Part shown: positions 23,869-27,774 of the stretch, one piece after another | Numbering within the stretch: position 1 is the first letter of the stretch | Layout of the letters: the number at the start of each line of letters is the position of its first letter | DNA from: an uncultured Candidatus Woesearchaeota archaeon | Lineage (GTDB): Archaea; Nanobdellota; Nanobdellia; Woesearchaeales; B29-G15 | NCBI GenBank assembly: GCA_903915225.1 | Contig: CAIWSB010000051.1 | Span: 1-27,774 of the forward strand | Length of the DNA: 27,774 bases | Direction of reading: 5' to 3' | Notes under the pieces: generated by a model | What the model saw: only the letters and a program-made list of their open reading frames with translations | Told to the model about the DNA's origin: nothing | The model's database searches: none | Program-made: the position numbers and the translations under genes

Positions 23869-26340
23869 TCACGGCTTAAACTTAGAAGTCAAATCTGCCC
23901 AATGCTCCATTAGTAGGCTCGGAGCCTCACGCTCGTCCAGGACAACGTAATTATTGCCATTCTTCTTGCAGTTGAGGCGCCTGTCCAAGGCAAGGGTGTA
24001 ATTATTTACATAACGGCATATGTCCACATTCCAGTTTTGATAATCAATAAGGAGGTAATGCTTTGGCTTATTGCTGACTGCGTCAAACCTGCTGTTCTCA
24101 AATATGCCCTCAACTTTTTGGCCTCCTCCGAAATCTGCCAGGTAAAGCCTGGAGAACATTTTTGAGGTGTTTAAAACATTGAATTTAATCATGAGCCCGG
24201 AGGCTGACTGGAACTGGATTTGCCCTCTAATAATGAGGTCGCTCAATGTTACAATTGGGTCCTTAATCAAATCCCTGAAGAGCTGCCAACTAGATGTTGA
24301 ACTGCCCGTTGTAATTCCTGTTTTGCTAAATATAACAAGCCCAAATGTTGGGTTATACACTGCATTTGCCCCGCACGCCCCGTAATCCCAAACTCCATGA
24401 GCGCTCGGAGTAGCGCAACCGCTCACACCCAGCACATTTGCAAGCCCATTTGTGGGGTTCTCAAATGGTACGTTCAATGAAGTGCCCAGCATTACATTGC
24501 CTGTGGTTTGGTCTTTCAGAACGCAGAAATTATTCACGCAGTTAAATGTGCGGTTGTTGAGCTTGCAGTTCTTTGCGAGATAATTAAGCACCGGCTTGCC
24601 CATTATCTGGTAATTAAGATCATTAAGAGATATTGAATAGTCATCACAGAATATTTTGAATTTTGCGCCGTTCTCAACCCCAGCCAAAGCCAACATTTTT
24701 GTGGCAACGAGTGATGTGCGGGACTGCCACTTGTTGGCATTGCAGTAGTAGTCCAAAATGTATTGGCCATCACCGATGCATTGGGGTTTTTTATCTGAGA
24801 AATAAGTTTCTGGCTTGTTGTTGCCAGAATAACTGAAGTTCCCCACAAAGCATTGCTTGTCCTTGTCTGGGCAATACCCCTTCAGCTTGTAGTCCCATGT
24901 TACCGAAAGGTTCGCTATCATCCATGCGCCATCCTGGCAGCGGTTGACTTTGCCATTAGCGTTCTTCAAAGTATACATGTTCAGGGGCTCATCGATCTGG
25001 TTCTCAATGCATTGCTTGCCGTTCCAACACCATGTTGATGGGCAGCAGCCCGATTTACCGGAGAGGTCAAACTTTTCAGTATCTATCTGTTCTCCGGTTT
25101 TTATTGACTCATTTAGAATGTTAAGCCCCTCAGGCGCAGTATCACTAAGCCACGTGTTAAATCGGGGCTCGCAGTAGTAGTTGCACAGGTTAGTACAATC
25201 CACAGCAGGGGTTCCCAATTGATAATAGGGCGCTTCATCCAGGCAAAACGTAAAGTTGCCCTCGCAGTAGAGAAGCCTCTTGTTTAGGTACCTGGTGGCA
25301 TTTACGCCCTTAATCCATTGGTATGTTGTGCCATCCTTAACGCACACATTTACGGTATCAAAAACAGTTCCAAGGTCTGCGTCACCATCATCACCACAGC
25401 AATACCCGCCCTTTGTGAGTGGTGCGATTGTATCCTTCTTACCCTGCAGCCAAGCAAATCCGCACTTTGAGCTTCCACAGTCACCATCATCGCAGCACTG
25501 GAGAGAAGGGGATTCTGCTTTCTTCCAGTCATAGTAACTGCCCATATTTTGGCACGTCATTAGGGTTAGCCCGGCACATGTGGGGGGGCTTCCTGGCTGA
25601 CACTTGTTTGTTGGGGGCACTGTAGGGGGAACTGTGTTTGATCCTCCAGTGCATGAGGTTGTGTCAAATTTACAGTCTGCACTGCAAGCGAGGGTTCCGC
25701 CTGTAAAGCCTCCCGATAGAGTTAGGCAAGTCTTGCCATTTAGGTTTGTGCCATCGCAATCCTCTCCGGAGTCTACGACATGGTTTCCGCAAAGAGCATT
25801 GGGTGTGTAATCATAACCCCAAATGTCGCTGTTTCCTTGCGCAACTGTTTCGCTATCATCGCATGCGGATGTTGTTCCATCAATTACTATTTTGTACTTC
25901 GGGCCAGGGTTTGAGATGATTGTTTTTTTGGTTAAAGAGGCGCAAGCAAACGTGCCGCAGTCTTTGCATTCAATTACCAGGTTGTTGCTCTCGTTGTAAT
26001 AATTAACTACTTCATTTGGGAAGTCGCAAGTGAATGGACTAGCAAGGCCTCCACCGTCAACGTTGTTGTACACAACCAAAGTGCACATCCCTGCCGCATC
26101 TAGGTCTTTGTACTCACTGGAGCAGCAGCATTGGCTTCCAAGGCCACACGCACCGCCCGCATCATAATGTATCCATCCATGGGCACATCCGCTTGCGAAA
26201 GTTGAGCATTTTCCAATTGAAAAGTTGTTGCTCTTGCATGTGGTTTGGCAAGGCCCAACATCAATTGAGTAACCAAAGGCCAATGGGGAAAAAAGCAGAA
26301 ATGTGATAGCCAGAATTAAGAGAGTTTTATTCTTGGACAT
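23869..26340 (-). CDS. Secreted cysteine-rich surface protein, paralog B (about 823 aa)
   Basis: Start set at the ATG at 26340 (MSKNKTLLILAITFLLFSPLAFG), which has a GGTGA SD. The track TTG at 26367 is too close to the TATA box. About 52 Cys. Contains CGNHVVDSGEDCDGTNLNGKTC...CSADC, which resembles the CGDG-x-EECDDGN cysteine repeat. Paralogous to the next gene. Confidence 0.85.
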   Translation of the reverse strand: MSKNKTLLILAITFLLFSPLAFGYSIDVGPCQTTCKSNNFSIGKCSTFASGCAHGWIHYDAGGACGLGSQCCCSSEYKDLDAAGMCTLVVYNNVDGGGLASPFTCDFPNEVVNYYNESNNLVIECKDCGTFACASLTKKTIISNPGPKYKIVIDGTTSACDDSETVAQGNSDIWGYDYTPNALCGNHVVDSGEDCDGTNLNGKTCLTLSGGFTGGTLACSADCKFDTTSCTGGSNTVPPTVPPTNKCQPGSPPTCAGLTLMTCQNMGSYYDWKKAESPSLQCCDDGDCGSSKCGFAWLQGKKDTIAPLTKGGYCCGDDGDADLGTVFDTVNVCVKDGTTYQWIKGVNATRYLNKRLLYCEGNFTFCLDEAPYYQLGTPAVDCTNLCNYYCEPRFNTWLSDTAPEGLNILNESIKTGEQIDTEKFDLSGKSGCCPSTWCWNGKQCIENQIDEPLNMYTLKNANGKVNRCQDGAWMIANLSVTWDYKLKGYCPDKDKQCFVGNFSYSGNNKPETYFSDKKPQCIGDGQYILDYYCNANKWQSRTSLVATKMLALAGVENGAKFKIFCDDYSISLNDLNYQIMGKPVLNYLAKNCKLNNRTFNCVNNFCVLKDQTTGNVMLGTSLNVPFENPTNGLANVLGVSGCATPSAHGVWDYGACGANAVYNPTFGLVIFSKTGITTGSSTSSWQLFRDLIKDPIVTLSDLIIRGQIQFQSASGLMIKFNVLNTSKMFSRLYLADFGGGQKVEGIFENSRFDAVSNKPKHYLLIDYQNWNVDICRYVNNYTLALDRRLNCKKNGNNYVVLDEREAPSLLMEHWADLTSKFKP

Positions 26341-26378
26341 AAGCTCACCGGTTTTTATATATCCCAAAAATCAGATTA

Positions 26379-26395
26379 TAGTATATAAAATTTTC
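26379..26395 (-). promoter_or_regulatory. BRE/TATA promoter element (minus strand GAAAATTTTATATACTA), copy 2
   Basis: Exact 17-nt match to 13332-13348. The TATA core is about 45 nt upstream of the ATG at 26340, which would give an ~18-nt leader containing the SD. Confidence 0.55.
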
Positions 26396-26439
26396 TATAA
26401 GAGGTCATCCACCCTACTCCACTTGGTTCCATCTGGGAA

Positions 26440-27774
26440 CTATTTAAACTTAGAAGTCAAATCTGTCCAATGTGCCATTAGGAAGCTAGGCGATTGCCTA
26501 GAGTCTAGCACAACCTGCGTTGTGCCTGATTTGTTGCAGTTTTCCCTATCTAGTCCCGGGGCGTAGCTGTTCACAAATCCACATATATCTTCGCTGAACC
26601 CTTCGTATTTTATTAAGAGGTAATATCTCGCCGCGCTGACAGTTTCATCATATCTGTTTTCCTCAAATATCCCTTGCACTTTTTTTGTGCCGTAGTTGGC
26701 CACAAAAACCTTGCTCATCATTTTTGAGCTGTTGAGCACATCAAACTTCAGAAGTGTGGCTGAAGAACGGAACTTGATTTGCCCGTGGAGTATAAGCTGG
26801 CTTAATGTCTCAATCGGTGCGCTAAGGAAATCCTTGAATATAGTCCAACCATTTGAGGAATCCAGTTGTATGCTTGGGCTGCTGTAAATGATTATTGAAA
26901 CATTCGGGTTGTAGATTGCCTTTGGAGATGCCAATAGGTAACCCCACGGCCCGCTCGTGCGTGCAAAACTGCAGCCAGGTGTTAGGTTGAATGCAGGCCC
27001 TATTCCCTGAGAGCTGCAGGGATTGACATTAAGCGATGCCCCTATCCAAGTTTTGGGGGTGTCCAAGCTGCGCATCACGCATACATTGTTGGCACAGGCC
27101 ACGGTCTGATTGTGGATTTTGCAGTTTTGGCCAAGGCGTTCCCAAACAGCACCGCCAACAACCGAGTAATCAAAGTCATTGAAAGCAATGGTATAAACAT
27201 CACAAAACAATTTCAGTTTGGCATCGGTGCCACCCAGCTCAAGCATCTTTGCGGCCAACAGCGATGTTCTTGAAATCCATTTGGAATGGTTCCCGCAATA
27301 ATAGTCAAAAATATATTGTCCCGGGCCAATGCACTGCGGCTTTTTGTTTGTAAAATATAAATCAGGCTTGTTGTTGCTGGCGTAGGTAAAGTTGCCAACA
27401 AGGCACTGGCTGTCCTTGTTAGGGCAATAGCCTTTAAACCTGCCACCCCAGCTGATAGCTTGTTTCGCATCAACCCAGTTGCCATCCTGGCAGCGGTGCT
27501 CCTTTTTTGTAGAATCATTGAGCACGTAAATATTCAGCGGCTCATCGATCTGGTTTTCAATGCACTTTGTTCCATTCCAGCACCAGGATGAGGGGCAGCA
27601 TCCGGACTTGCCTGCAAAATCAAACTTTTCAGTATCAATTTGCTCTCCAGTTTTTACAGGCTCGCTCAGGATGTTTAGTCCTTCAGGAACTGTATCACTA
27701 AGCCACTTATTGAACTGCGGCTCACAGTAGTAATTACATTTGTTGGTGCAATGGTCAGAAACGTTAAGGAGATA
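26440..27774 (-). CDS. Secreted cysteine-rich surface protein, paralog A (5' end truncated by the window edge)
   Basis: The frame stays open to position 27774. Upstream of the track's GTG 'start' (27525) it still aligns with paralog B: CTNKCNYYCEPQFNKWLSD...GCCPSSWCWNGTKCIENQIDEPLN against CTNLCNYYCEPRFNTWLSD...GCCPSTWCWNGKQCIENQIDEPLN. Confidence 0.85.
   Translation of the reverse strand, partial: YLLNVSDHCTNKCNYYCEPQFNKWLSDTVPEGLNILSEPVKTGEQIDTEKFDFAGKSGCCPSSWCWNGTKCIENQIDEPLNIYVLNDSTKKEHRCQDGNWVDAKQAISWGGRFKGYCPNKDSQCLVGNFTYASNNKPDLYFTNKKPQCIGPGQYIFDYYCGNHSKWISRTSLLAAKMLELGGTDAKLKLFCDVYTIAFNDFDYSVVGGAVWERLGQNCKIHNQTVACANNVCVMRSLDTPKTWIGASLNVNPCSSQGIGPAFNLTPGCSFARTSGPWGYLLASPKAIYNPNVSIIIYSSPSIQLDSSNGWTIFKDFLSAPIETLSQLILHGQIKFRSSATLLKFDVLNSSKMMSKVFVANYGTKKVQGIFEENRYDETVSAARYYLLIKYEGFSEDICGFVNSYAPGLDRENCNKSGTTQVVLDSRQSPSFLMAHWTDLTSKFK

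Larger units (their letters stand above)
23869..27774 (-). repeat. Tandem gene duplication (period about 2571 nt between stop codons)
   Basis: The C-terminal ~445 aa of paralogs A and B are collinear by eye, at roughly 60% aa identity. The last ~40 nt of each gene are about 90% identical. Confidence 0.8.

Noticed and set aside
23869-26480. Conserved 3' ends of paralogs A and B as a diversity-generating retroelement VR/TR pair
   Set aside because: No reverse transcriptase lies in the window. The conserved stretch is only about 40 nt, the few mismatches are not adenine-specific, and both copies are coding ends of collinear paralogs.
27523-27525. GTG at 27525 as the start of paralog A
   Set aside because: The frame is open to the window edge, and the upstream 83 codons still align with paralog B. 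The gene is simply truncated by the window.
1-27774. Possibility that the contig is bacterial or chimeric, given the OMP-like protein, the DegV/FakA pair and the S8 protease
   Set aside because: Archaeal-specific markers (S13e-type S15, Rpp21, Dph2, class III signal peptides, the TATA-at-27-nt architecture) are spread across the window, including right next to the bacterial-looking genes. Promoter and SD style are uniform. Chimerism cannot be formally excluded without read data.

Overview
The window is archaeal. The evidence is an S13e/S15P-type ribosomal protein S15, an RNase P Rpp21/Rnp4 subunit, a Dph2 fragment, a tRNA with no encoded CCA, and TATA boxes about 27 nt upstream of many starts (first genes look leaderless, internal operon genes have GGTGA-type SD sites). 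I found no rRNA, CRISPR array, transposase or integrase. Positions 1-12.5 kb hold a mixed set of genes: a secreted S8 protease, a signal-peptide protein that looks like an outer-membrane beta-barrel, an MFS transporter, tRNA-Pro(CGG), a FakA-like/DegV pair, a cupin, a RelE toxin module with two antitoxin-like ORFs, rps15, an AsnB-like ATP-PPase, a DUF212 protein, a DHH phosphoesterase, a truncated dph2 and rnp4. Positions 12.5-27.8 kb form one uninterrupted minus-strand surface-structure locus, which is the main candidate for a new system. It contains three tandem mini-pilins of about 80 aa, each a class III (type IV pilin-like) signal peptide fused to a six-cysteine domain whose spacing resembles beta-defensins. 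It also contains four larger proteins with the same [KR]-[GAS]|Q prepilin-like N-terminus. Upstream are two Sec-signal giant proteins of about 1100 aa: one carries Ig/Fn3-like regions, three 8-Cys repeats, TSP3 calcium-binding repeats, a TM helix and a Lys-rich cytoplasmic tail, and the other has about 45 Cys. Two tandem paralogous cysteine-rich proteins complete the locus, the second cut off by the window edge. No pilus assembly ATPase, platform protein or prepilin peptidase lies in the window. All functional calls rest on motifs read by eye. No database search was run.
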